Shown here: positions 28,036-37,782 of the stretch, piece after piece | Layout of the letters: the number at the start of each line of letters is the position of its first letter | Position numbering within the stretch: position 1 is the stretch's first letter | NCBI GenBank assembly: GCA_964508365.1 | Contig: CAZDTP010000028.1 | Location: forward strand, 1 to 46,906 | DNA from: an uncultured archaeon | Lineage (GTDB): Archaea; Asgardarchaeota; Lokiarchaeia; Sigyniarchaeales; SOKP01 | Direction of reading: 5' to 3' | DNA: 46,906 nucleotides | Program-made: the position numbers and the translations under genes | Notes under the pieces: generated by a model | What the model was told of the DNA's origin: nothing | Seen by the model: only the letters and a program-made list of their open reading frames with translations | Database searches by the model: none

Positions 28036-28233
28036 ATGTCGAAAAAAGGTAAGGCGGAAGCTTTATTTGTAAAATCTAAAGTTCGAGAACATATAAAAGC
28101 CAGCGACCTCAATACATCCTCAGGTGTGCTTGATGGTGATACGCTGAATGGTCTGATAACAGCTTTTCTTGATAGAGCCTGTGAACGTGCCAAAGGAAAC
28201 GGTCGAAAAACCGTAAAAGCGCGAGATTTATAG
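28036..28233 (+). CDS. Histone-fold protein with truncated alpha3 (face-to-face/Bd0055-like)
   Basis: FVKSKVREHIK (alpha1), NTS (L1), long alpha2, RAKGNGRKTVKARDL (L2 plus short alpha3). Confidence 0.88.
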   Translation: MSKKGKAEALFVKSKVREHIKASDLNTSSGVLDGDTLNGLITAFLDRACERAKGNGRKTVKARDL

Positions 28234-28254
28234 GCAAACTTATAATATAAACTA

Positions 28255-28268
28255 TCTTTCTTTTTTTT
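28255..28268 (+). terminator. Oligo-T tract, likely archaeal terminator of the histone gene
   Basis: T-rich run about 20 nt after the histone stop, between convergent genes. Confidence 0.45.
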
Positions 28269-28305
28269 ATTATTTACCGAACTTTCTGAAGCTCAGAATA
28301 GGATT

Positions 28306-30411
28306 CTATGAGTTAAGTAAGGTTTCTATCGCTATTTTCTCCGGTTGAAATACTGCCGTGCTTATTCCTGTGGTATGGTCTTTACTTACGATTATTTTGT
28401 GCGTATTTATGTCTGATGGAATTGCTGTGTGAGTAATCAAGAAAATTTGTGAAAATGTTTTTGACTTTATCAAATGCTTGAGTATTCTTTCTCGTCGAGT
28501 TTCATCAAGTGCTGCTAGTGGCTCATCCAAAAGAAGAATATCAATTTTAGGATTTTTTTTTGGTGATTCTTTTGTGGGGCGTATTTTACTCATTAATTCG
28601 GAAATAGCTAACCGAAGTGCCATCCCTAACGCCGTTCTATCGCCTCCAGAAAGTACTTCGACTGATTCGTGAACGCCATTAAAATTATTTTTGATTTTGA
28701 GCGAAAGTCCGGTCTTTTTTGAACCAATTAAATCCAGAAGTAAATCGCTATACTGACCAGAGGTAAAATCTTTTATGTACTTATTTGTCACCAATGCAAT
28801 ATTTTTTACTAAACGTTTTACGACCATATATTCTGTTACAAACCTTCGAACGAATTCTTTTGCTTTATTAATGTGATCTAGTTCAATTTCAAAGTCTCCA
28901 ATATTCTTCTCCAGGTTGTTCATTTTTTTTATTTCCTCGTTCAAATCTGCAATTCGTTTAAGATTTTCTTCAAAATTCTTTTGATTTTCTATTGATTCTT
29001 TAATAATAGCAGTTAATTCAGTATTGAGCTTTTTCTTCTCAATTGAAAGCATTTTTATGTTGGCAGGAGTTATATCAGTAAATTTAGACTTGTGTTCTGC
29101 TAGAAAGAGAGTAGTTTCTCCCTTGATCTTTTCAAAATCCATTGCTTTTTTTTGGTAATTCTGATAATCATTCCTTAATCCTTGAATCACAGTAATCTGT
29201 TTTTTGATATTATCAAGTCTGTTTTGTTTTTCTTCTATATCCAAATCCAGATTTTCAATAATTTTCGTAATGGAATTAATTTTTTCTTGATTTATTTCAA
29301 TTTCTTTGTTAAAATCACCGACCATCTCGTCATAATGCTCTCTTGTAAGCTCATTTTGGCAAGTAGGGCATCGAGCTACTTCTGCATTATCCTCGTTCGT
29401 AGTAAAAAGTAAGCTATCTTCCAACTGCTTTAACATTTTTTTATTATCATCAATTCGACCTCTTGTCTTCCCTACACCTTTGTATGTCGCTTCTCTTCTT
29501 TTATCTAAAATATCCTTCTGTGATTTAGTATCGTTTTCTTCTTTAACTAAAAGCGATATTTTTTCATTAATTTTAGATAAGGCTTCAAAGTCTTTGATAT
29601 TTAATTTAGTATTTTCGATTTTTTGTTGGAAATCGCTTTTGTAAGCGAGATAATTTTCCTCAAGTATGTTTTGTTGGTCATAAAGATTCTCTAAGTTCGA
29701 AATTAAGTCATCTGATGGAAAATCTGAAATTTGTTGTTCATGTTCTTTTTTTGCGTTGCTATTATCAACAAGTTTTTTTTCTAATTCTGCGTTTTCGAGT
29801 TCTGCATCAGTGATATCCTTTTTGATCCGCTCTATTGGAACTCTTTTCTTTTCTAATTTTTCTTTATTAAATTTAACATCTTTAGATTCTCTATCAAGAA
29901 AAGCGAGCGCATCATCGATTATATTGAGTCTGAATAAATCGATTATCATTTCTCTAAGATCAGCCCCCTTTTTGTTTGCCAAATCCTCAACTTCTCCCTG
30001 TCTAACGAAAACAGTGTTTAATGCTTGCTCAGTAGAAATCTCAAAAAATTTTTCGATATCGAACTTCTCAACTTCTCGATAAGACGATGTAACCCATTCA
30101 AACAATTTCGTAGTAGTGGCTCCAGATCTACTCCACTTACGATAAATATTATATTTTATTGTATCAATTGTAAAATAGATAGTTAGCTCGGCTTTAGATT
30201 CTCCGTAAGTAATAAAAGAGGCTGCATTTCTTCCACGAAATATTTTAGGTCCGAAAAAAGCGAATAAAATCCCTTCTAAAATAGTAGATTTGCCGTATGA
30301 ATTCTTTCCACTAATTAATATTAATCCTTTGGGAAATTCTTTTTTATTCTTTGGGAGAGATAATTGTTTATATCCCATGAAGTTTTTAAATATTAGGGTT
30401 GTAATTTGCAT
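28306..30411 (-). CDS. rad50: Rad50/SbcC-type SMC ATPase with short coiled coil
   Basis: Walker A GKNSYGKST, Q-loop VFVRQGEV, zinc hook CPTC, signature LSGGDR, Walker B/D-loop LLLDEPLAALD, H-loop LITH. Confidence 0.9.
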   Translation of the reverse strand: MQITTLIFKNFMGYKQLSLPKNKKEFPKGLILISGKNSYGKSTILEGILFAFFGPKIFRGRNAASFITYGESKAELTIYFTIDTIKYNIYRKWSRSGATTTKLFEWVTSSYREVEKFDIEKFFEISTEQALNTVFVRQGEVEDLANKKGADLREMIIDLFRLNIIDDALAFLDRESKDVKFNKEKLEKKRVPIERIKKDITDAELENAELEKKLVDNSNAKKEHEQQISDFPSDDLISNLENLYDQQNILEENYLAYKSDFQQKIENTKLNIKDFEALSKINEKISLLVKEENDTKSQKDILDKRREATYKGVGKTRGRIDDNKKMLKQLEDSLLFTTNEDNAEVARCPTCQNELTREHYDEMVGDFNKEIEINQEKINSITKIIENLDLDIEEKQNRLDNIKKQITVIQGLRNDYQNYQKKAMDFEKIKGETTLFLAEHKSKFTDITPANIKMLSIEKKKLNTELTAIIKESIENQKNFEENLKRIADLNEEIKKMNNLEKNIGDFEIELDHINKAKEFVRRFVTEYMVVKRLVKNIALVTNKYIKDFTSGQYSDLLLDLIGSKKTGLSLKIKNNFNGVHESVEVLSGGDRTALGMALRLAISELMSKIRPTKESPKKNPKIDILLLDEPLAALDETRRERILKHLIKSKTFSQIFLITHTAIPSDINTHKIIVSKDHTTGISTAVFQPEKIAIETLLNS

Positions 30412-30414
30412 TTT

Positions 30415-31731
30415 TCATACCTCCTTCTCCTTTTCCATATATTTTAACGCATATTTAAGAGCATTCATTCCCAATTGGCTAAGTTTATCCACATTAAAAT
30501 GAGATTGATCTTCTGTTAACTTCTCTGAAACAAAAGATTTAAATTCTTCATCCGGATGTTCTAAAATATAGTCTTGAATTATACCTGCACTTATATCATC
30601 CTCAAGAGTTTCAGATATATCAAAAATCTTCCAAATAATCTGTAAGATATTGAATTTATCTGGTTGAGAAAAGCAATCCCTTCGTATTCTCGACATCATT
30701 TCATTTATTTGCCAATTTTTTTCTATTGTAATCTCTCCAGTAAAATTAAATTTTAGTCTTGCAGCAGTTTTTGGGTTAAATCCATTAATTGAAATAAATG
30801 GATTTAGTTCTTTGTAAATTAGAAGCTCTAAATCGGAGGAGGATTGATCAGGATTAGCTACAATTTGCACGATTTCAAAAGATCTTTGTAGAAGAATATT
30901 TGTAAAGACTCGCTCTACATTTAATAATTTAGTTTTGTCATCGATGTTTACTATTAAATAACCCTGGTTTTCATTAACTTCTTTAAAATTCATTGGAAGC
31001 AAGCTTCCTGAGAAATATTGATTTTCAGATAATTTTTTTAATCCATGTTCGTGCCCTAAAGCGATATAATCGTAATTGAAATCATTAGAATTAATTTTCC
31101 GATGTAATGTGTTATCACCAGCTGAACCATGAGCAACTGCAATATTAATATATCCATTGTCTTCAATCGGATGTTGATTTTCTATCCAATTATCATAAGC
31201 TGCTTCATAGACTTCGTAATCTTGAAATTCAAAATATGGATATAAATAGAATCGCACTTTTTTTGTTGGAAAATCCAACTTTAATGGTTCATTATTTTTA
31301 ATAGCGTTCAATAGGTCTCTTTGTTTATAATAATAAAGATTTGAATATCTTTCGACTTGAATGTGTGATTCAAATGGTGTATATTCATATCCTCTGAAGA
31401 TTCCATGATTCCCTTCAATGTAAATGAATGGGATTTGATTATCCGTATTATTAAAGAAAATATCTAAACCTTCCTTAAATGCTCTTCTCGCAGGTTCTGG
31501 TGGAGGATATGAACTATATTTAGAAGGGTGGTGAAACATGTCGCCACAATGAACAAGAAAATCTAAATTCTTGATTTTGGAGATGTCTGTCATGACTTTT
31601 AAAAATGAATCGTAGATTTCTTGTTCGTAAGGTTTTGAGTAATTTTGAATCGCCCATTTGTTTATAACACCTCTTCTTGTTCGATAACCTAAATGAGAAT
31701 CCGATATTTGTACAATTTTTACCATATGCAA
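30415..31731 (-). CDS. mre11: Mre11/SbcD nuclease
   Basis: Metallophosphoesterase motifs DSH, GDMFH, GNH, AHG and GHEH all intact; 3 nt from rad50. Confidence 0.9.
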   Translation of the reverse strand: MHMVKIVQISDSHLGYRTRRGVINKWAIQNYSKPYEQEIYDSFLKVMTDISKIKNLDFLVHCGDMFHHPSKYSSYPPPEPARRAFKEGLDIFFNNTDNQIPFIYIEGNHGIFRGYEYTPFESHIQVERYSNLYYYKQRDLLNAIKNNEPLKLDFPTKKVRFYLYPYFEFQDYEVYEAAYDNWIENQHPIEDNGYINIAVAHGSAGDNTLHRKINSNDFNYDYIALGHEHGLKKLSENQYFSGSLLPMNFKEVNENQGYLIVNIDDKTKLLNVERVFTNILLQRSFEIVQIVANPDQSSSDLELLIYKELNPFISINGFNPKTAARLKFNFTGEITIEKNWQINEMMSRIRRDCFSQPDKFNILQIIWKIFDISETLEDDISAGIIQDYILEHPDEEFKSFVSEKLTEDQSHFNVDKLSQLGMNALKYALKYMEKEKEV

Positions 31732-31765
31732 TCCTTATCTTTTTTTCACATAAAATAAATAAACA

Positions 31766-32947
31766 TTATTCCCCTAATACTTTATGTCTCCATTTCTGAG
31801 TATATTTTTTTGTTTTTTTATTATATTGTAATTCTAAAAAAGCAGCTTCTAGCTTATTATATTCTGAGGTTAATAAAGTACTTGCTTCATGAGCTCCTAC
31901 AAGGCAAAGGGGATAACCTCGTGGAGCAAATGGAATTAGATTTTTAATAATGTGTAAAGCATCTTTCGTATCTAAATCGTCACAAATATCAAACCTTAAA
32001 GCAGAGCTATCTTTTTGCAGTCTTGTTATATATGCTTTACTTTTTGTGTACATTGAAAGATCTGGCATATCCACAAGAAAATTCTTGTTTTCATATAATT
32101 CTGACCAAATTGGCAGTAAAAAATTGCCCTGAGCATCTCTTAACCTGCAAGTCTTTGAAAAGCTATAATATTTTATCTTGTATGACTGAATAAATCTGTA
32201 AAAAAATTCTGTAAAAGCGGTTGGAGGAAAAATATGCTGTCGGAACATTTGAATTCCATCTCCAAGGAACACTACGTTTTCATTTTTGCCCCAATTACTT
32301 ATTTCTTTAATTCTGACTAGTGTTTTTAGTATCTCGTCAGCTGTTCTTATCCTATCTACAACATGCCCTAATGTTGGATAATAGAAAGCGTGAGAGTTAA
32401 TGTGATCATTTATTTTTTTTTTATAAGTTGATTCGTACCATTCATCTAATTTATCAATTTTATCTTTTAAACTACCTACATAGAAGTCTCGTTTAATGGT
32501 TTTTACAAAATTTTCGATTACTGTTTTATAAATAATAAGCTTATGCTCGTTGTCTTCAATATATGAAGTAATAGGTTTATACATTATCTTTTCTTTTTGA
32601 TATTCTCCATTTTTAAAAGTGATTTGACATTCTCCAAATTTAAATGACGCAAGTTTTGCATAAGTTCCACTAAAAGTATTTGAGCTCTCATCAAAACCGA
32701 TGATTTTGTAATTATCGTGTACGTAATTCATAGATTCCTCCCCGATTATAAGATGCGGCATTTCACTAAATAGTAGATTAGTATTTTTTAAACTCTCATC
32801 ATTGTCAAATTTATCCGTCTCGAGTTCGATTTTCTCTTCTTCACTCCACTTAGCTCTTCTTTCTTGAATATATTCTTTAAATTTTTGAACTTCTTCGTCA
32901 ATAGATATATCAGGTCTTTTTTCAAATGACTTCTCTAGCGAGATCAA
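31766..32947 (-). CDS. nurA: Divergent NurA-family nuclease
   Basis: IIGFDES (compare DGS), FLGDG, SFSKT and GYPLCLVGAHEAS (compare GYPxxLxxAH); lies between herA and mre11. Confidence 0.72.
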   Translation of the reverse strand: MISLEKSFEKRPDISIDEEVQKFKEYIQERRAKWSEEEKIELETDKFDNDESLKNTNLLFSEMPHLIIGEESMNYVHDNYKIIGFDESSNTFSGTYAKLASFKFGECQITFKNGEYQKEKIMYKPITSYIEDNEHKLIIYKTVIENFVKTIKRDFYVGSLKDKIDKLDEWYESTYKKKINDHINSHAFYYPTLGHVVDRIRTADEILKTLVRIKEISNWGKNENVVFLGDGIQMFRQHIFPPTAFTEFFYRFIQSYKIKYYSFSKTCRLRDAQGNFLLPIWSELYENKNFLVDMPDLSMYTKSKAYITRLQKDSSALRFDICDDLDTKDALHIIKNLIPFAPRGYPLCLVGAHEASTLLTSEYNKLEAAFLELQYNKKTKKYTQKWRHKVLGE

Positions 32948-33005
32948 TTCGAAATTAAAAGAAATTATTTGTCACCTTTAGTTTTTTTTATATTTTATCT
33001 TATAA

Positions 33006-34754
33006 TTATGGAAGCGAGGTAGGTGGGGGAGACATTCCTGAAGACGCGACTTTTTCTGCAAAATTTTCATAAAACCTTTTAGAGTGTTGTTCAAAATAAT
33101 CATCATATAGAGGAATTTTTAATTTTTGAAAATTGGTTAGCCAAATTCCAGATATTAAAGCTATCCCTCTAGTTCCCGTTAACGATTCTAAATCGCTATG
33201 CTGGATGCCCCCTCCTAATGTATTGGCTGCAACAGCTTTTTCTTTTTCAGATCTTAAAGGTAAATTAATAACGGTATTCATATTAGATAAAATTGTATCA
33301 TCTATGGGTGAATACTGCTGTGAAATCACTTCTAACCCTAAATTGAATTTTCTTCCTTGGCGCGAAATATCTTTAAAGACATTATTATATCTCATCATTT
33401 CAGGCCGTAAGATGCTTGGAGCTTCTTCTATTGTAAAGATAATAATTGGTAATTCTGACGGATCTTTAACGGTTGTTCCGGTTTTTATATAAACATTTTT
33501 CAAATTATCTTTATAATTTTCATAAAAGTTTTTGGGCAAATTCAGCTTTAATTTTTTTTCAAGGGTGACAAGATCCGAAGACGATTTTAGCGATTTACGG
33601 ATATCAAACAATGTTCTAGCCAGGATGCTATTAAAAAGGAATTGTTCTAAATCGGATATCATGGACGCATTGAAAATAATTATATTCCCTTTTTCCAGTT
33701 TTAACACGATTTCTGGAAGTTTGCTTGCGGCATTAGATTGGAACATGTCAGAATACTCCAACCAATGCATTCTTCGCCGTATCGCAGCCATAGTTTTTTC
33801 GTCATGTCCTCCTGGAGGACGATAACCATCGGTTAATAAATTTTCGATATAATTCTCTTGGTCACTTCTAAATGCAGAATAAATCGCTCCAACTTGAAGA
33901 TCATTAAAGGACCCTGTTGCAAAAAGGTCTTCTGGTGTTATTTCTTGATAACTTACCAGACACGGTTCTGCTAGGCTCTTTAATTCTGCCGGTGGTACTC
34001 CTTTATTAGGATAGAGGTAAAACCATGAACCAAATAGATCTTTATTGTAACCTGATGTTTTACATATATCATTAACTCCATATTTAATACATCCTAAAGC
34101 ATACTCATCATGCATGTCTATAGCAAGCATGGAGATTTTAGTCCCTTTCTCTCCAAGAATTATCTGAGCGTTATGTTGTAACAAACCGTCTACAAAAACT
34201 TGATTTAAATTTGATTTCCCCATACCTGTAGCACCTGCAATAAAAAAGTGATACATTAAATATTTGAAGGGAAAATAGACCTCTACTTTTTTTTCAGATG
34301 CTAAATTACCCATAAAGATTCCATCAGGAGGGAAAATATATCTCAAATCTTCATGGATGTCGCTTTGATCCTCTGAAATTTCCATAGTATGAGGTTGAAG
34401 TGTTTTATTTTCCATCAAATCTTCAATTAAAAAGAATACATTGGTTACATGACTCTTTACTTCTTTTGTATTTTTATCTTCTTCGATGCAGAGGATAGGG
34501 CGGCCTTGAATAACATATTGTAATTCTGATTCTAATTCTGCCTTGATGTAATCTGTTATTTTAACATTTCTTAATTTTTGGCGCGTAAATATATAGTCTG
34601 ATATTGTTTGTTCACTAAGGATCTGAACAATTATGGTATATAGCTTATTCTTACTATGATCTTCAGCATTCAATTTTAAAAAACCATGAAGATGAACATA
34701 GTTTTTGTAAAAAATTTCAATTGTACTTTCTATAGGATTTATTCTAATAATCAT
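33006..34754 (-). CDS. herA: HerA-family ATPase/DNA translocase
   Basis: Walker A AGATGMGKS, IDMHDEY, Walker B IEEAP, RQGRKFNLG and ISQQ. Confidence 0.85.
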   Translation of the reverse strand: MIIRINPIESTIEIFYKNYVHLHGFLKLNAEDHSKNKLYTIIVQILSEQTISDYIFTRQKLRNVKITDYIKAELESELQYVIQGRPILCIEEDKNTKEVKSHVTNVFFLIEDLMENKTLQPHTMEISEDQSDIHEDLRYIFPPDGIFMGNLASEKKVEVYFPFKYLMYHFFIAGATGMGKSNLNQVFVDGLLQHNAQIILGEKGTKISMLAIDMHDEYALGCIKYGVNDICKTSGYNKDLFGSWFYLYPNKGVPPAELKSLAEPCLVSYQEITPEDLFATGSFNDLQVGAIYSAFRSDQENYIENLLTDGYRPPGGHDEKTMAAIRRRMHWLEYSDMFQSNAASKLPEIVLKLEKGNIIIFNASMISDLEQFLFNSILARTLFDIRKSLKSSSDLVTLEKKLKLNLPKNFYENYKDNLKNVYIKTGTTVKDPSELPIIIFTIEEAPSILRPEMMRYNNVFKDISRQGRKFNLGLEVISQQYSPIDDTILSNMNTVINLPLRSEKEKAVAANTLGGGIQHSDLESLTGTRGIALISGIWLTNFQKLKIPLYDDYFEQHSKRFYENFAEKVASSGMSPPPTSLP

Positions 34755-34986
34755 GATATTAGACTCTTTTTTTTTATTCCCAAATAAAATGTAGCAAGCT
34801 ACTAACTCATTTAGTGATCACTACTTTTATTTATAGCTATAAGATTTTTTGTTCTTTTGAAGTTATTAGTTTTTACATTTTATAAATCTCATGGACTTTA
34901 GAAATTTAATAGTTTTTAAAATAACTATAATGTACCTAATATAAAGAAAAAAAACGATAGCTTATGATTTCACTTAGCTTTGTTGA

Positions 34987-36177
34987 TTACTTTAAGAACT
35001 CCTCAATTAAGTTATATACTTTTTCTAGTATTTTTAGTTCCGGTAAGAAGGTTAATCTCATATGTCCTTTCCCATATTCACCAAAACCTGAGCCATAGAC
35101 TAAACAAACTCCAGTTTCTTTGAGCAAATTAACAACTAATTCCTTATCGTCTTTCCATTTCTGTAATTCTTCTAAATTTAGTTTAGGGAAAAGATAAAAA
35201 GCACCATTTGGCTTAACGCAAGTAATCCCTTCAATTTTGCGTAACCTATCGTATGAATAATCACGTCTTTCTTTAAGTTTTCTAACCATATCAACAGTAT
35301 GGCTACTTGGAGTTCTTAAAATGTCAATTGCAGTGAATTGCGCAATGGAACTAGCAGAAAGACGAGCACGAGCCAATTTAGCGATGCCGTTTTTTAATTC
35401 TTCCAGTTTGTTTTCTGGATCATGATAATATAGGTATCCAAGCCTCCATCCAGTAATTAAGTGAGTTTTTGAGAACCCATTTAATCCAATTATAGGAACA
35501 TCTTTAGCTAACGACGCAGGACATACATAAGGCTTTTCATATGTAATCTGATCGTAAATCTCATCTGATAAAATTGGTAGGTTGTACTCTCCAGCAAGAT
35601 CGATTATCTTTTTAATTTTTTTTTCTCCGTATAAGACGCCCGTCGGATTATTAGGAGAACATATTAAAATCGCTTGAGTTTTTTTAGTAATTTTTTTTCT
35701 TAAATCTTCAATATTAGGCTCCCAATCTTGTTGTTCATCAAGTTCATATTCAACTGGTTTACCATCATAAAATTTAGTATAATTAATATATAAGGGATAG
35801 GATGGACCAGGTATGAGTAGCTCTTTACCATTTTCGATCAAACTCGAAATAACAAAGTTTATTCCCTCTGTGACTCCTGATGTTACAACGATTTCGTCAG
35901 TACTAACATTAAGATTTTGTTTCTTAAGGAGCTTGCTTATTTCTTCTCTTAATTCAATTACTCCTAACGAATTTGCGTAAAAATTCTTACCTTTACGACT
36001 ATAGACAGATAGTGCATCCGAAATAAATTCTGGAGTCTGAAAATCGAAGGCAACTGGATCGCCAATGTTTAAATGGTATACGGTTTTACCACTTTTAGCA
36101 ACTTCTTGAGCTACAGCTGCGATCTCTCGAATCGCATACTCTACACCTTTTACTCTATTAGTGAGCATACTAATCAT
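34987..36177 (-). CDS. Class I/II PLP aminotransferase (AlaA/alanine aminotransferase-like)
   Basis: VEYAIRE, LNIGDP, SPNNPTG, SDEIYD, NGFSKTH..TGWRLG, and PNGAFYLFP. Confidence 0.9.
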   Translation of the reverse strand: MISMLTNRVKGVEYAIREIAAVAQEVAKSGKTVYHLNIGDPVAFDFQTPEFISDALSVYSRKGKNFYANSLGVIELREEISKLLKKQNLNVSTDEIVVTSGVTEGINFVISSLIENGKELLIPGPSYPLYINYTKFYDGKPVEYELDEQQDWEPNIEDLRKKITKKTQAILICSPNNPTGVLYGEKKIKKIIDLAGEYNLPILSDEIYDQITYEKPYVCPASLAKDVPIIGLNGFSKTHLITGWRLGYLYYHDPENKLEELKNGIAKLARARLSASSIAQFTAIDILRTPSSHTVDMVRKLKERRDYSYDRLRKIEGITCVKPNGAFYLFPKLNLEELQKWKDDKELVVNLLKETGVCLVYGSGFGEYGKGHMRLTFLPELKILEKVYNLIEEFLK

Positions 36178-36282
36178 CCATTAACTTTTGAATTAAAATT
36201 CATCTAATACAATTAAGTTTATGGAAAGAAGAATTAAATAGCTTATCTTTCTTTAGAATGAGGTTAATTGAAATAAAAAAAG

Positions 36283-36651
36283 TTAAAACTGAAATTCCCT
36301 ATTACGTAATTTTGATACTAAATGCCCTCTTGAGAGTAGCTGGATTCCAAATTGCGAACTATAATCACGCGAGAAATCTGTGGCGATATTACAAATCATA
36401 ATTCCACCTTCTATTTCTGGTATATCAACACAAGCTTTATGAAGTTGACGTAATTGTGTAATAGAGATTTCTCTTTTCCAATCCCGAACAAAAACGCCAT
36501 AGTTCCCATACTTACCGTTACTAACAACAGCGTTAAATGTCCATAATTTTCCGGATTTACCCTTTAATTTCTTAGGGCCATTAATGAACTCATATTTCTC
36601 AGAAAAGACTTTTTCAGTTAACTCTGTTAATGACTTATCTCCTAATGACAT
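36283..36651 (-). CDS. Stand-alone Mrr/PD-(D/E)XK-like fold protein, probably catalytically inactive
   Basis: LKGKSGKLWTF, then ISITQLRQL and GGIMI resemble Mrr-cat, but N and RDW sit where D and ExK are expected. Confidence 0.55.
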   Translation of the reverse strand: MSLGDKSLTELTEKVFSEKYEFINGPKKLKGKSGKLWTFNAVVSNGKYGNYGVFVRDWKREISITQLRQLHKACVDIPEIEGGIMICNIATDFSRDYSSQFGIQLLSRGHLVSKLRNREFQF

Positions 36652-36836
36652 AAAATCACTTATTTGTTTATATAAATATATTTTGTAAGTAATATATAAG
36701 TGTTATTTAGATAGATATGGAAAGTAATCTTAAAAATAAGTAATACGCAGATAATATCATCAGAATATGTGAAAGTTTGAAGATTCCTTAACTTCATACA
36801 ATGCCGACAAAAATCTATGCTCGCATAATTTAGTTA

Positions 36837-37688
36837 TTAAGAATTAAAATTTTTATAATTCAGCAATTTATACAGAGGATAGTGGCCCTCTACATCGGGA
36901 CCTTCCATCTTTATGTATTTATAAAGGTTTGACTGCAAAAATTCAATGAGTTTACTGGCAATCTCATTGCAAATCGCGTCACAATTAATAAAATCATCAA
37001 CAAGAAAATGACACTTGCCATTATGTTTAATACAGAATTTTTTCATTTGTAAAGATAATCCTTCTGCAGAAAGAAGATCAAAATGATCCCATTTATCTTT
37101 AAATCCTCCTAAATTTATGGGAGCAATAGCTCTGAGTTCTTTATGTAATAATTCTAATTTTTCGCTTAAAATTCCATTAACTAAATTTCCTAATCGCTTA
37201 GAAATTCCTTTTAATTCTTTTTTCGCTTCGATTTTGCATAAAAAGTTATATTTCTGTAAGAGCTCTTCAGCTTTTCTTGCTTTTTTAGGATATTTTATCC
37301 TCCACCCCGCGACTTTCTTACAACTTATGTCTTTATTTTCTGGATTTGAGAATCCTGTTGGATAAATCCAGCATTGAGGTGGTTTTATTCCAGAATTGTG
37401 AATTAAACATCCATTTTTTTCTTTATCGAATAGAAAACATTTTCCCGTTTTTTCATTAAATCTTAATTGAAAAGAAAAAATATTACTTCTAATAAAGTCG
37501 TTTACGCTAGCATATCCTCTTTTAATATATTCTTTAGCAAGAACCTTTGGTACATCTATTTTAATAGAACAACAATCTCCTTTACAAATCTGAGGATCTA
37601 TACAATTTGGACCTTCTATAGCAGATTTCATGAAATCATTAAATTGTAAAACAATTTGCCAAAAGTAATCATTATTTTGATCTATCAA
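36837..37688 (-). CDS. YkgJ-like cysteine-cluster protein
   Basis: C...ICKGDCC, CFLFD....CLIH..GIKPPQCWIYP pattern; additional C-terminal Cys residues. Confidence 0.7.
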   Translation of the reverse strand: MIDQNNDYFWQIVLQFNDFMKSAIEGPNCIDPQICKGDCCSIKIDVPKVLAKEYIKRGYASVNDFIRSNIFSFQLRFNEKTGKCFLFDKEKNGCLIHNSGIKPPQCWIYPTGFSNPENKDISCKKVAGWRIKYPKKARKAEELLQKYNFLCKIEAKKELKGISKRLGNLVNGILSEKLELLHKELRAIAPINLGGFKDKWDHFDLLSAEGLSLQMKKFCIKHNGKCHFLVDDFINCDAICNEIASKLIEFLQSNLYKYIKMEGPDVEGHYPLYKLLNYKNFNS

Positions 37689-37782
37689 GACATAAAAATA
37701 ATCCTAATATATATTTAAAAATTCTCTATTTCAGATAAAATAGAATTTTATTCCTTTTAATTAAATTCCTTATAGTTGAATT

